Below are positions 1-10,038 of a stretch of 64,000 nt of DNA, in pieces. The notes under the pieces are model-generated. The model did not search any database and was not told the DNA's origin. It saw only the letters and a program-made list of their open reading frames with translations. Both the position numbers and the translations under genes were made by a program. Source of the stretch: Brevinematales bacterium. Its GTDB lineage: Bacteria; Spirochaetota; Brevinematia; Brevinematales; GWF1-51-8. How positions within the stretch are numbered: the first letter of the stretch is position 1; each line of letters starts with the position of its first letter. Location of the stretch: contig JABLXV010000004.1 of NCBI GenBank assembly GCA_013177895.1, positions 2,496-66,495 of the forward strand, given 5' to 3'.

Positions 1-724
1 GGCCGGTAAATATCCGCCCGTCGGCGATCTTCGCGAGTTGCTTCTCGCTCATCTTGCGCCCTTCGAGGACGGCGTTAAAGAACTGGCGGAACGAGTCCAT
101 GATGACCGCCTGCAGGAGGGCTTTTTCCTCCGGGGTCATCTGGCGGTAGAACGCGAGACTGTCCTTGAACTTCCCGCTTTTTATCACATTATACCCGATG
201 CCGAATTTCTGAAAAATGCCGCTGAGGTCCATTCCGCTCATAATGACGCCGATACTCCCGGTCAGCGTGCCGGGGTTCGCGACAATCAGGTCGGCGGCGC
301 ACGCGATATAATACCCGCCCGATGCGGCAATATCGCCCATCGAGACGACCACCTTCTTACCGCTGTTTTTCAGCCGCTTGATCGCTTCGTAGATTTCCTG
401 CGTCGCGGCGACAGTTCCGCCGGGAGAATTTATCCTGAGGATGACCGCTTTCACATTCGGGTCGTCCTCCACAGACTTCATCTGCGCGATCCATTGCTTC
501 ATCCCGGAACCCTGCCCGAACGGCGATGCATTACCGCCGCCGAACGAGATGGCCGAATCGATATCCACTACCGCGATTGTGTCAGGGCCTTTCATCATCC
601 CGCCGCTAGCGCCGAATGACTGGGATTTTGTTAACGCCGACGAGACCACCAGGTAGATACCCGCTGCAAGCGATAAAGAGAAAAGTACGATCAGTACAAT
701 TAGCGGGCGTTTATTGTTTTCCAT
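1..724 (-). CDS. sppA: Signal peptide peptidase SppA, 36K type (peptidase family S49); N-terminal ~241 codons only, the C-terminus lies beyond the left window edge
   Basis: Absent from the ORF track because it runs off the edge. My minus-strand translation from ATG 724-722 gives MENNKRPLIVLIVLFSLSLAAGIYLVV (membrane anchor), then VKAVILRINSPGGTVAA and GDIAASGGYYIACAAD, which are typical S49/SppA motifs. GGGAGG RBS at 729-734. The + strand ORFs 38..619, 441..656 and 616..1044 are its shadows. Confidence 0.85.
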   Translation of the reverse strand, partial: MENNKRPLIVLIVLFSLSLAAGIYLVVSSALTKSQSFGASGGMMKGPDTIAVVDIDSAISFGGGNASPFGQGSGMKQWIAQMKSVEDDPNVKAVILRINSPGGTVAATQEIYEAIKRLKNSGKKVVVSMGDIAASGGYYIACAADLIVANPGTLTGSIGVIMSGMDLSGIFQKFGIGYNVIKSGKFKDSLAFYRQMTPEEKALLQAVIMDSFRQFFNAVLEGRKMSEKQLAKIADGRIFTG

Positions 725-733
725 TAATCCTCC

Positions 734-1624
734 CTATTTCTGAAACAGCGTGTCTTTGGTGGTCGTATTGTATAACGCGAGCACCTTCCCGAACCATGCG
801 CCGAATTCGCTATTCGTATAAATCCCGTCGATACCCGCTTTCTGAATTTCATACGAGTACTCTTCCTCGATATTATTCAGGGGTTCGCCGAATAGTTCGC
901 TCCATTTATCGGTCGAGAACGGTACTTTCCCGAATTCGACCAGCCGGTCTTTCCCGTAACGCTCCACCACGAAACGCACGAAATCCGCCATCTGCGGGAG
1001 TGTCACCGCCTGCGAGAATACCTGATCCAACTCCTGGATATTAAAATATCGCGGGTCGTTATCCATCAGTTCCTGTACCGATATGAACAAAACCTGCTGG
1101 TAGAGATAACGGCAGATGACGCGGTATACCTGATCCATCTCCTTTCGGGTGAGCTGGAATTTCTGGAAAAGGACTTCGAAGTCGCGTATCCTGATGATAC
1201 GGTATTGCTGGGATTTTAACAGTTGGGATATGAAATCGTCATGGGTAAAGCTATCCAGCACCCGTTTTTCCCATTCGTACTGGATGATTCCGAAGATGAC
1301 CGCTTTATTATCGAGTGCCGCGAAATAATCCGTGCCCGCCTTGAACATCGCGGTATAAAGTTCGGGGTTTTCGCCGAGTTCGATGATAATATTCCCCGCC
1401 TTGGAAGGGGAATAGCCGTTCCAGACCGCAATCATGCCCTCGAAGAATTCCGCGTAGGTCAGCGCAATCTCCGGGGCGGATACGTAGTGGATTTCCACCG
1501 ACGGCGTTGTGCCGACGATGATGCTCTTCTTTAACGGGTCGTGAACAGTTTTATGTCCGTAATTCCATTGCGAACCGCAGGATACTGTTAAACCCGTCAG
1601 TACTATAAAAAATAAACGCTTCAT
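734..1624 (-). CDS. Hypothetical lipoprotein (family not recognised)
   Basis: ORF track gives 734..1687. I start it at the internal ATG 1624, which yields MKRLFFIVLTGLTVSCGS, a signal peptide plus lipobox Cys. Its stop overlaps the sppA RBS, so the two are probably co-transcribed. Confidence 0.6.
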   Translation of the reverse strand: MKRLFFIVLTGLTVSCGSQWNYGHKTVHDPLKKSIIVGTTPSVEIHYVSAPEIALTYAEFFEGMIAVWNGYSPSKAGNIIIELGENPELYTAMFKAGTDYFAALDNKAVIFGIIQYEWEKRVLDSFTHDDFISQLLKSQQYRIIRIRDFEVLFQKFQLTRKEMDQVYRVICRYLYQQVLFISVQELMDNDPRYFNIQELDQVFSQAVTLPQMADFVRFVVERYGKDRLVEFGKVPFSTDKWSELFGEPLNNIEEEYSYEIQKAGIDGIYTNSEFGAWFGKVLALYNTTTKDTLFQK

Positions 1625-1701
1625 GATTATCCTCATAAAAACATCAATTTGAAGGTATATTGTAATGTACAGCCGCTTTTCTCGCAAGGAGAGGGTTTCT
1701 A

Positions 1702-2580
1702 TTATTTACCTTTTTGTATCATATAACCTAAATCGACATATTCGAACTCTTCACGCTTGAGGCGCGCGAGCCAATTCATCATATCCTCGTAGGTTTTTAC
1801 ACCTATGAATAGGTTGGGCTTATCCGTGACAATAGCTTTAAGATATTCGCAGGAAACCGTCTGCCCGGCGGGAAGCATCGCGATATAATTCACCCCTTTC
1901 GACTTATCTTCCTTTGTCGGGAGCACGAGTTCCTGATTCGCCTCGATCTTATTCTGCCCGGATTTCATATAACTGTGCGGATACACCGGGTAGACCATCC
2001 CGTCCTCCGCCACTGAGAATATATATAAATACCCGGCCTGCTGTACCTTGACGCTGATACGGATTGCCTCGTTCTCGACGAAAAAGCTCTTATTAATCGA
2101 TGCATCGAGGAAATAGAGCGGTTCGCCGCTTCCCTCGATCGGCATATACGCCGCCTTCATAACAACCGAGTATTCCCGCGCCGCAAGATTATTCTCGATT
2201 ACCGCGAGCAGTTTCTGCTCGGTGATTACCCCGAGGGACACGCAGTTCTGCGAGTTAAAGATCAGCGTGGACGACTGATTCTCCCCGGCTTTCATCTTCT
2301 TAAAGATGTCCGTATAATGCTGGGCTTTCTGGTTCTTCATCCCGAGAATGATTTCGATCGCCTTCGCCATCGCGCCCTTTTTCGCGTTATCAATACTTTC
2401 GCTTTCGCCCATCTCATACTTCGCCTTGACATAGATATACCCGTTCGTCTCGATAACAGCGTTATCGTCCGGGTTCGCGATCAGATTTTTAATAATCGTC
2501 TCCTCGGGTACGGTGTTTCCCGCGAATACTACTCCGCATACCAGAAGAAATGCCGCGAATAAAAACGTCCTCTTTATCAT
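1702..2580 (-). CDS. Secreted protein with C-terminal DUF4384-like domain
   Basis: Signal peptide MIKRTFLFAAFLLVCGVVFAG; GGAGG RBS upstream of ATG 2580. The C-terminal half (YLYIFSVAEDGMVYPVYP...QELVLP...YIAMLPAG...YLKAIVT) resembles DUF4384 from memory. Confidence 0.6.
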   Translation of the reverse strand: MIKRTFLFAAFLLVCGVVFAGNTVPEETIIKNLIANPDDNAVIETNGYIYVKAKYEMGESESIDNAKKGAMAKAIEIILGMKNQKAQHYTDIFKKMKAGENQSSTLIFNSQNCVSLGVITEQKLLAVIENNLAAREYSVVMKAAYMPIEGSGEPLYFLDASINKSFFVENEAIRISVKVQQAGYLYIFSVAEDGMVYPVYPHSYMKSGQNKIEANQELVLPTKEDKSKGVNYIAMLPAGQTVSCEYLKAIVTDKPNLFIGVKTYEDMMNWLARLKREEFEYVDLGYMIQKGK

Positions 2581-2599
2581 ACGAACCTCCGTTTGATTA

Positions 2600-3634
2600 T
2601 TACCATCCCTTCACACAGAAAACCTTACCCTCCGCTGTTCCCGCGAACACATACCCCTCGTAATACGCCGGCGTCGAATAAAAACTATTTCCCGGGTACT
2701 CGAATTTCCATGCGAGCTTGCCCCCGCGTATCCCGAGTATCTCGAACCCGGTGGTCAGGTATACCGTATCTTTTACTACCACCGGCGCGGAACTCGGATT
2801 ATAGAAAGTCAGAGCGTCCCAATACGTATGCCCGTCGTAGGCGTCATAACAACTGAGTCTGCCCCCGCTGTAAACATACACCTTTCCGCCGGACAGCGCC
2901 GGGGATGTGACCGCCATACTTTCCAGTTGGCGCATCCAGACCAGTCCGCCGGAATCCGCCTCAAGGCAGTACAAACGGTTATCGAGGCCGCCGACCAGCA
3001 CATGATTCGCGTCCGCCGTCGGGGATGCGACTATGCTCTGCCCGGCCTGGTATGTCCATTTCAGCTTACCGTTCTTTCTATCGTAACAGTATACCTTACC
3101 TTTTACATCACCGACGACCACATTATCTCCTGATAACGCCGGGCCTCCGTCGTAAGCTCCGTCCGTCTTGGCTTTCCACTTCAGCGCCCCGTCGTTCATA
3201 CCGAGGCAGTAGAGCATCCCATCGGTACTGCTGATATAGACCTCGTCCTCCCTTCCGCACGGCGTACCGATCACCTCGCCCGACGCGTGAAACTTCCATC
3301 GCACCTCGCCGTAATCGATAGTGAGACAATAGACATATCTGTCCTTACTGCCGATCACGAGAAGGCTGCCGTTCAGGTAGGGAGACCCCCCGATACTTTT
3401 CCCGGTAAGGAATTCCCATACCTTATTGCCCTTCTTCGCGTCGATACAGTATACTACACCGTTCTCCGCGCCGAAGTAGACTCTCCCGAACCACGGTACG
3501 GGCGCGCTTGCGATACCCTTTTTCGATTCCGTATCGAATACCCATAACGGCTCGGTAATCTCTTTTGAGAACATTACAGCGGAAACGGTTAGAAACCAGA
3601 TTTCCAAAATAGGTAAAATTATTCTATTCATCAT
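2600..3634 (-). CDS. PQQ-like beta-propeller repeat protein (BamB-family fold), secreted or membrane-anchored
   Basis: Repeated ~40-aa units with the motif G-x-[VL]YC-x-D-x3-G-x3-W: GVVYCIDAKKGNKVWEF, RYVYCLTIDYGEVRWKF, GMLYCLGMNDGALKWKA, GKVYCYDRKNGKLKWTY, NRLYCLEADSGGLVWM. N-terminal hydrophobic segment with no lipobox Cys. Confidence 0.75.
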   Translation of the reverse strand: MMNRIILPILEIWFLTVSAVMFSKEITEPLWVFDTESKKGIASAPVPWFGRVYFGAENGVVYCIDAKKGNKVWEFLTGKSIGGSPYLNGSLLVIGSKDRYVYCLTIDYGEVRWKFHASGEVIGTPCGREDEVYISSTDGMLYCLGMNDGALKWKAKTDGAYDGGPALSGDNVVVGDVKGKVYCYDRKNGKLKWTYQAGQSIVASPTADANHVLVGGLDNRLYCLEADSGGLVWMRQLESMAVTSPALSGGKVYVYSGGRLSCYDAYDGHTYWDALTFYNPSSAPVVVKDTVYLTTGFEILGIRGGKLAWKFEYPGNSFYSTPAYYEGYVFAGTAEGKVFCVKGW

Positions 3635-3673
3635 ATTATTTTATCCTTGTATCGGGGTTTTATCAATTTTTAT

Positions 3674-3702
3674 TTGCATCCCGGTTTTTTCTGCTTTAAA
3701 AT
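3674..3702 (+). promoter_or_regulatory. Candidate sigma70-type promoter for the 3723 gene
   Basis: TTGCAT (3674-3679), 17-nt spacer, TAAAAT (3697-3702), about 20 nt upstream of the AGGAG RBS and GTG start. Confidence 0.35.
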
Positions 3703-3722
3703 AGTACCGAAAGGAGAATATT

Positions 3723-5048
3723 GTGAAACAATTTATCATTTTGTGTCTGACCCTGCTGTTTTTTTTATCCTGCGGAACGGGAACTTATTCTATCGGGGAA
3801 TATAAAAAAATCATTGATCTATCTTTATCACCCGACGGCAGCACATTCTTTCTATACTATACCGGAAAAGATAACCGTCCCTACTATAATATCAACGGGA
3901 AATTGAATGGACCTTTTGATAGCGTCCTGTTCTACGGATGCAGCCCGTCCGGCGTCTTCTATACCGTCTGCCGGAAAGGGGATAAGTTCATCTTCGAGTA
4001 TAATGGCGAAATCAGGGAAATATCCGCCGAACGGGTTGTTTCGGTCGAATTCCCGCCTTCCGGCGATAATTACCTGATCCGCGCCATCTCCGGTTCGAAA
4101 CAATTCCTCATCAGCGGAGATACAATCATCGAGCCGTTCGATTCTTTCCAGGAGTCCTCCTTCTCGGAGGACGGTAAGCATTACGGGGCGGTAATCAAGA
4201 CCGCAGGCGTCTATCAGGTACTGGTCGACGGCCGGATTCAGGGCGACTATACCTACGCGGCTGGAATAAAGTTCTCCCGCGAAGGCGCGGTATGGGGATA
4301 CTCATTCGCTCTTGCAACCAACTCCGCGGTACTAGTTAACGGGCAGATTATCGCCGAGATTCCCCACCCCTCCGGGCCGTATATCTCTCACGATGGGAAA
4401 TCCGTTTATTATGCATCATGGGGTGAGAAGAGCATCGATATTCTATCGAATAAAATCAGCGTCATGGAGATTCCCACTGAAAAAAATACCCTGCTGATTG
4501 ACCTGTATCTCGCGGGGGACGGATCTATCGCGGGATATACGCTCGGTAATCCGGAAAATTTCACAACCGTGATCGGCGATAAAACCTACGGGCCGTTCGA
4601 TAAATGGTACGGGAAAATAGCGGTGTCGCCCGATGCCAAGCATTACACATTCTATTACGAGGATAATGACTTAGGATACGTCAACTTGGGAGGTAAGATT
4701 TATGGGCCTTATGCCGCTGAGGGATATGGCAATATTGACTTATCCCCGGATGGCGGGAATTTTTTCGCGCTTCATTTCGGGGAAAACGCCGTGCAATGGA
4801 TTGCGTCGGCAAACCGCGACTACGGGCCGTTTCCGATAATCGAGAAATTCCACCCGTCGCCGGATTATTCGAATTGTATCGTCGTGTATACCGATATGAC
4901 GTCGCATATGATTCATTTTAACGGTCAGGATATTGTCACAAATGATAAAATCTGCGATGCGTTGATTCTTTCAAACGGATACATCCGTTACGCGGTAATC
5001 GAAGATGATAAGGTGATGATAAAGGATTGGATGGTATCCGGCAATTAA
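3723..5048 (+). CDS. Lipoprotein built from about 11 PD40/TolB-like ~37-aa beta-propeller-type repeats
   Basis: GTG start with AGGAG RBS; MKQFIILCLTLLFFLSCG is a lipoprotein signal. Clear ~37-aa periodicity: [SP]-[PE]-[DS]-G, a hydrophobic strand, N-G-x3-G-P-[FY]. Examples: LSPDGSTFFLYY..NINGKLNGPFD, VSPDAKHYTFYY..LGGKIYGPYA, LSPDGGNFFALH..NRDYGPFP. Confidence 0.65.
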   Translation: MKQFIILCLTLLFFLSCGTGTYSIGEYKKIIDLSLSPDGSTFFLYYTGKDNRPYYNINGKLNGPFDSVLFYGCSPSGVFYTVCRKGDKFIFEYNGEIREISAERVVSVEFPPSGDNYLIRAISGSKQFLISGDTIIEPFDSFQESSFSEDGKHYGAVIKTAGVYQVLVDGRIQGDYTYAAGIKFSREGAVWGYSFALATNSAVLVNGQIIAEIPHPSGPYISHDGKSVYYASWGEKSIDILSNKISVMEIPTEKNTLLIDLYLAGDGSIAGYTLGNPENFTTVIGDKTYGPFDKWYGKIAVSPDAKHYTFYYEDNDLGYVNLGGKIYGPYAAEGYGNIDLSPDGGNFFALHFGENAVQWIASANRDYGPFPIIEKFHPSPDYSNCIVVYTDMTSHMIHFNGQDIVTNDKICDALILSNGYIRYAVIEDDKVMIKDWMVSGN

Positions 5049-5401
5049 AGCTCGTCGATAATAATATCGCCCTCATGCTCGTAGACCATCACTACACGAT
5101 GGGTTTCGATAAACCGGAACGCGAAGTGCTGGTATCCCCCGAAAACTTTCCCGTTAATGTTGAGATAGGTCAAACCGTCTTTTTTATAGATGAAGCCGAA
5201 CGATTCGCTATCGTCGGAAAAACGCGGCGTCTGTACCCAGTCGTATCCGCCGAATACTTCGTCTCCGACATTGACGAACCATATACCGTTATCGCGGTAA
5301 CGGAACGCGCACTTAGAACCGTCGGGAGAAAACACCGGTTCCCGTTCGGCGGATGAATCTTCATTATTCCGATAAATAGGATGATCGAGTTCCACGCTCA
5401 C
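5045..5401 (-). CDS. Small protein with three copies of the same PD40-like repeat; possibly a gene remnant
   Basis: FSPDGSKCAFRYRDNGIWFVNVGDEVFGGY, FSDDSESFGFIYKKDGLTYLNINGKVFGGY and a third degenerate unit. GTG start with a poorly spaced RBS and no signal peptide. Its stop codon overlaps the stop of the convergent 3723..5048 gene. Confidence 0.4.
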   Translation of the reverse strand: MSVELDHPIYRNNEDSSAEREPVFSPDGSKCAFRYRDNGIWFVNVGDEVFGGYDWVQTPRFSDDSESFGFIYKKDGLTYLNINGKVFGGYQHFAFRFIETHRVVMVYEHEGDIIIDEL

Positions 5402-5555
5402 CTTCCCGAAAATATGTTGAATTAACAGATCCGGCAGAATACCGTTCCCCTCAGAATTCTTTCCGATGATTTTATCGGCAGAAACCGATAAGAACTATCC
5501 GCCCGCGAAAGATTTTGTAATAAAATTTTTCCGTCCTAAATATTCAATCTAAAAG

Positions 5556-5584
5556 TTGACCATTATCCCGAATGGCATTATCAT
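5556..5584 (+). promoter_or_regulatory. Candidate sigma70-type promoter for accA-pfp
   Basis: TTGACC (5556-5561), 17-nt spacer, TATCAT (5579-5584), about 50 nt upstream of accA ATG 5636. Confidence 0.4.
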
Positions 5585-5635
5585 ATTTAGGATAAAATCG
5601 GTACTATGCTGGATATATTATATTAGAGGTGCGTC

Positions 5636-6601
5636 ATGTCTTCGTACTATCTCAGTTTCGAAAAGCCGATAGAGGAAATAGAAAAGAGTATTGCTGAACT
5701 GAGGGAATCTCATTCCAGCAATAAAGACGTAGATTTTTCAATCGAGGTCGATGAGCTTGAAAAGAAGCGGGAATACCTGATCAAGACAATCTATGAAAAC
5801 CTTACCCCGTGGCAGGTAACCCAGGTCGCCCGTCATCCCGAGCGCCCTACTTTCTCCGATTACCAGAAGCTGCTATTTGACGATTTTATCGAGTTACACG
5901 GCGACCGTCTGTTCCGTGACGATCCCGCTATCGTAACGGGGTTCGCCCGAATCGGTAATGAGAAATTTGTCATAGTCGGCGAAGATAAAGGGAAAGACAC
6001 TAAAGAAAAAATCCGCCGGAATTTCGGTATGCCCAATCCCGAAGGTTATCGTAAGGCGATGCGTATCATGCGACTCGCAGAGAAATTTAAAAAGCCCATC
6101 CTCACGCTGATCGATACCGCGGGGGCGTATCCCGGGATCGAGGGCGAGGAACGCGGGCAGGCAGAGGCTATCGCGCGCAATTTATTTGAAATGTCGGGGC
6201 TGAAAACTCCCGTGATATCGGTGGTAATCGGCGAAGGCGGAAGCGGCGGAGCGTTAGCTATCGCGGTCGCCGACCGTGTCCTCATGCTCCAGAACTCCAT
6301 CTACTCCGTTATATCGCCCGAATCATGCGCATCCATTCTTTGGCGCGACGCGGGTCTCGCGGAACGCGCGGCGGAAGCGTTGAAAATGACCGCCCCCAAC
6401 CTGATAAAACTTAAAATTATCGAGGAAATTATATCCGAACCGATGGGCGGCGCTCATCGAGATGTCGCTATGACCATGAAGAATGTGCGTACTGCTGTCC
6501 TGAAGCATCTTTCCGAACTAAAACGCATCTCCGCTCCTAAACTTATCCAGAAAAGATACGAACGCTTCAGAAAACTCGGCGCGTTCGAAATCGTAAAATA
6601 A
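5636..6601 (+). CDS. accA: Acetyl-CoA carboxylase carboxyltransferase subunit alpha
   Basis: 321 aa. Hallmark stretch ILTLIDTAGAYPGIEGEERGQAEAIARNL plus VVIGEGGSGGALA. Length and N-terminal coiled region are typical of AccA. Confidence 0.95.
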   Translation: MSSYYLSFEKPIEEIEKSIAELRESHSSNKDVDFSIEVDELEKKREYLIKTIYENLTPWQVTQVARHPERPTFSDYQKLLFDDFIELHGDRLFRDDPAIVTGFARIGNEKFVIVGEDKGKDTKEKIRRNFGMPNPEGYRKAMRIMRLAEKFKKPILTLIDTAGAYPGIEGEERGQAEAIARNLFEMSGLKTPVISVVIGEGGSGGALAIAVADRVLMLQNSIYSVISPESCASILWRDAGLAERAAEALKMTAPNLIKLKIIEEIISEPMGGAHRDVAMTMKNVRTAVLKHLSELKRISAPKLIQKRYERFRKLGAFEIVK

Positions 6602-6631
6602 ACCGTATTCCAAATATATTCGGAGGATGAA

Positions 6632-8392
6632 ATGGCAAATCTGCAGACGCTCTTAACCAAAATGGAGGAACATCACTCATTATTCGAGGACGAGATCAGA
6701 AAACTCTCAGTCCCCGTATGTAAGGCTTTTGTTAAGAACGGTAAAATTGCGCCTTCTTCTTTTAAAATAACGGATCACGTGCTCGGCACCAAAGACGTCC
6801 AGAAAGTCAACGAGCATTTTAAGAAATGCGCCGGGAATTCCGGTAATAAAGTTCTTGAAGCGGTACAGGGCGAGGGAGAGCACTCCGGTCTGCGGGTCGC
6901 GGTACTGTTCTCCGGCGGGCCTGCCGCCGGCGGCCATAATGTCATAGTCGGTATCAAAAAGGCTCTCGGCTCGAAGAACACCCTGCTCGGCACTGTCGCC
7001 GGGCCGAAAGGTCTCCTCGCAGGAGAATTCTTCGAAGTGACTGAAGACGCGGTAAACGGTATCATCAATACCGGCGGCTTCGATTTCCTCGGTTCCGACC
7101 GCACGAAGATTAAAACCGACGAGCAGTTCGCCAAAGTTAAAAAAGTTGTAAAAGAACATAAATTGGATGGTATTATCGTAGTGGGCGGAGACGATTCGAA
7201 CACCAACGCCGCAGTATTGGCCGAACTCCTGTATGACGATGGGGTCAAAGTGATCGGCGTACCCAAGACGATCGACGGCGACCTCCAGATCGGGAACATT
7301 CTCCCTATTTCGTTCGGGTACGACACCGCTACTAAAATATACTCCGAGATGGTCGGTAATATTTTGCAGGATACCCCTTCCTCGCGCAAATACTGGCATT
7401 TTATCAAGCTGATGGGGCGCTCGGCGAGCCATGTCGCGCTCGAGGTAGCGTTGCAGACCAAACCCGCGCTCGCGCTGATATCCGAAGAAATCTACGAAAA
7501 GAAGATGTCGCTCGACCAGATCGTTTCGAATATAGCGAATACAATCGCGCTTCGCGCCGCGTCTGGAATCAATCACGGGGTCATCCTGATCCCCGAGGGA
7601 CTGATCGAGTTTATCCCCGAAATGAAGGATATGATTACCGAACTGAACGAGGTGATCGCGAAATACCATGAAGACCTCGATGAATTACAGCTTCCCGAAA
7701 AGAAGGACTTCGTATATAAGCAGCTCTCCGCCGATTCGGCCAAATTGATGGCGTCGCTGCCGGGAGCAATTGAAACCATGCTCCTTCTCGAACGTGACTC
7801 CCACGGCAATCTCCCGGTATCCCAGATACCCACCGAGAACCTGATGATCCAGATGGTCGAGGATAAGCTCCATATGATGCAGAGGCATGCGGACGACCGG
7901 CATCATCTCGGATTGGACGAGGCGCAGGAAGCGAAATTTTTAAAGTTCAAACTTTCGACCCTCAATCATTTTTTCGGTTATGAAGGACGCTGCGGCGCTC
8001 CTACGCTGTTCGACGCCGCGTACTGCCTGAATCTCGGCTTGCTCGCGGGTTCGCTTATTCTCGACGGGTATACCTGTTATATCGCGGCGATAACCGATCT
8101 CGACAAAGGCGGTAAGGCTCTCGCGCTCCCGTTAACGGGACTCCTCAATATAGAAAGACGTCACGGCGCGGATGAGATGGTGATCGAAAAAGCGCTGGTC
8201 AAAATCAACTCCCCGGCGTTCCAGTTCTACGAGGAGCGCAGGACGATCTGGGCGAGAAGCGACCATTTTTCGAGCCCCGGGCCGCGTCAGTTGTGGGGGC
8301 CGACAGCGCATCAGATGCCCTATACGGTCGCGCTGAACCAGGGTTACGGTTCGCTGATATTCAATCTCGGCGACCCGCATTCGTTAACATAA
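6632..8392 (+). CDS. pfp: Diphosphate--fructose-6-phosphate 1-phosphotransferase (PPi-dependent phosphofructokinase, long form)
   Basis: 586 aa. PFK-family motifs FSGGPAAGGHNV, VVGGDDSNTNAA, PKTIDGDL, KLMGRSASHVALE and GYEGRCG. GGAGG RBS. Confidence 0.92.
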   Translation: MANLQTLLTKMEEHHSLFEDEIRKLSVPVCKAFVKNGKIAPSSFKITDHVLGTKDVQKVNEHFKKCAGNSGNKVLEAVQGEGEHSGLRVAVLFSGGPAAGGHNVIVGIKKALGSKNTLLGTVAGPKGLLAGEFFEVTEDAVNGIINTGGFDFLGSDRTKIKTDEQFAKVKKVVKEHKLDGIIVVGGDDSNTNAAVLAELLYDDGVKVIGVPKTIDGDLQIGNILPISFGYDTATKIYSEMVGNILQDTPSSRKYWHFIKLMGRSASHVALEVALQTKPALALISEEIYEKKMSLDQIVSNIANTIALRAASGINHGVILIPEGLIEFIPEMKDMITELNEVIAKYHEDLDELQLPEKKDFVYKQLSADSAKLMASLPGAIETMLLLERDSHGNLPVSQIPTENLMIQMVEDKLHMMQRHADDRHHLGLDEAQEAKFLKFKLSTLNHFFGYEGRCGAPTLFDAAYCLNLGLLAGSLILDGYTCYIAAITDLDKGGKALALPLTGLLNIERRHGADEMVIEKALVKINSPAFQFYEERRTIWARSDHFSSPGPRQLWGPTAHQMPYTVALNQGYGSLIFNLGDPHSLT

Positions 8393-8418
8393 TCGATAAA
8401 TAGAGAGACGGGGCGGGT

Positions 8419-10017
8419 ATGAAACGATCGATAATTACTGTTGCGTTTTTTATTGCATTCGGTGTGATTACTCTCTTCTCCCAGAGCGGGCCGGGAACCG
8501 GGCAGATTATCCTGCCGGATCCTGAAATTACCATAGAAGATAAAAGTAAAATAGATTTCATCGAGTCGGGCGATACCTCGTTGACCGATATGGGGATGAA
8601 CCTGACGGGCATCGATCTCGAGGAATTAGCCACCAGCCGCATCAGTGAAAAGATACAGAGCCTGTTATTGCCCGATTTCGACGGCAATACCAACAAAGCT
8701 CTTTCCCTTAATTCCCTCTCATACTTCAGGTTATTCTACGGCAGATACGATAATCTCCTCATCGATTTCAATCTCGGTAAAAGCGCCGGGGTGATGAACT
8801 ACCTGATCACTTACCTGCGGAATAAACGCGGCGGCGCGGGCATAGGCTCCGATACCTACTTCAATACGGAAATGACTATCGACGATCTCAACGCCGGATT
8901 CCTGTTCTCGATCAGCGATAAGCTCGACCTGAACCTGAATATGGGTTACTACGAGCGCGTGAACGGACTCTACCTCAATCCCTTTTTCCTACAGGAATCT
9001 AAACTCAGCGTACCCGTAAAAGCCGAATTGGTCTACCATATCGATATGGTCTCCCGTTTAAAGATGCAGATTTTCTATCAGGGGCTGTGGCTGGCTCATA
9101 AAAGCCTCACCAACTCTCTCGGGTCAATCTTCTCGGAAGCGGGTATCAATCTATTCTTCCAGTCGAATTACAGCAAAGATAATTATTTTAAGCTCACCGC
9201 GGAATACTTTATGTTCAGTCAGGAGACGAACCGGAAGCACCAGTTTGCCTTCTCAGGACTGGACCGTTTTCCTATCATCAAGGGTATTTCTCTCGAGGTC
9301 GGCGCGCATTTATTCGTCTATTCCGAGAAGCCGGTATTCTGGTATCCCGACGCATCTATCAATATCCAGATATCGAACTTTATGTCTATCAGCGGCGGTA
9401 TCACCGGGAAGCAGGATGCGTTCGCTATCAACGAAATAATCGCCAATAATCAACTGGATTATACCAATGTCACCCCGCTCGAACGGTGGACGTACTTCGG
9501 AATGATCGATATTTTCCCGTTTAAGGCGTCGAAACTGAACCTTACCGCATCGTACCATACCTATGGGAACTTTATGAGCTGGGTTTACTCCGGCGCGCGG
9601 GACTTGTATTTCCCGGCTATACTTACGAATATCCAGATGGGCGAGCTGAAAGCGTCTTACGAGATGCTGATTACCGAGAATCTGATGTTGAATATATCCT
9701 ATACCTACTTCCTGACCTCATCGACCAATCTCCTGCTATGGAGCCGCGATACAGGAAGCATCAGCATCAATCTCACAGTGCCCGCTTGGGGATTTGTCGC
9801 GCAGACTAAAGCGGCCTACCGTTCGGAAATGCTGGTCATTCCCGGGGTAACTATTCCCTATACGGTGACATGGGATCTGCAATTATCGCAGGCTATCAAT
9901 AAGGAAATTTATCTCCAGTTGGATTTAAAAAATTTACTGAATATGGCGGGCTACGAGAAAATTCACATTCCGAATTCCGGGTTCAGCTACAATTTTGGAG
10001 TAAAAATTCTGTTATAA
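8419..10017 (+). CDS. Predicted outer-membrane beta-barrel protein (family not recognised)
   Basis: Signal peptide MKRSIITVAFFIAFGVITLFSQ. The C-terminal ~430 aa are rich in alternating aromatic/polar strands (YxFxL patterns). Ends FSYNFGVKILL. Confidence 0.55.
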   Translation: MKRSIITVAFFIAFGVITLFSQSGPGTGQIILPDPEITIEDKSKIDFIESGDTSLTDMGMNLTGIDLEELATSRISEKIQSLLLPDFDGNTNKALSLNSLSYFRLFYGRYDNLLIDFNLGKSAGVMNYLITYLRNKRGGAGIGSDTYFNTEMTIDDLNAGFLFSISDKLDLNLNMGYYERVNGLYLNPFFLQESKLSVPVKAELVYHIDMVSRLKMQIFYQGLWLAHKSLTNSLGSIFSEAGINLFFQSNYSKDNYFKLTAEYFMFSQETNRKHQFAFSGLDRFPIIKGISLEVGAHLFVYSEKPVFWYPDASINIQISNFMSISGGITGKQDAFAINEIIANNQLDYTNVTPLERWTYFGMIDIFPFKASKLNLTASYHTYGNFMSWVYSGARDLYFPAILTNIQMGELKASYEMLITENLMLNISYTYFLTSSTNLLLWSRDTGSISINLTVPAWGFVAQTKAAYRSEMLVIPGVTIPYTVTWDLQLSQAINKEIYLQLDLKNLLNMAGYEKIHIPNSGFSYNFGVKILL

Positions 10018-10038
10018 ACCAATTTTACGGAGGTTGTT

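Noticed and set aside
38-1044. Plus-strand ORFs 38..619 (193 aa), 441..656 and 616..1044 from the ORF track
   Set aside because: They lie antisense to, or overlap, a minus-strand reading frame that translates into a clear SppA (S49) protein with an RBS and membrane anchor. Their own translations are Arg/His/Pro-rich with no recognisable motifs.
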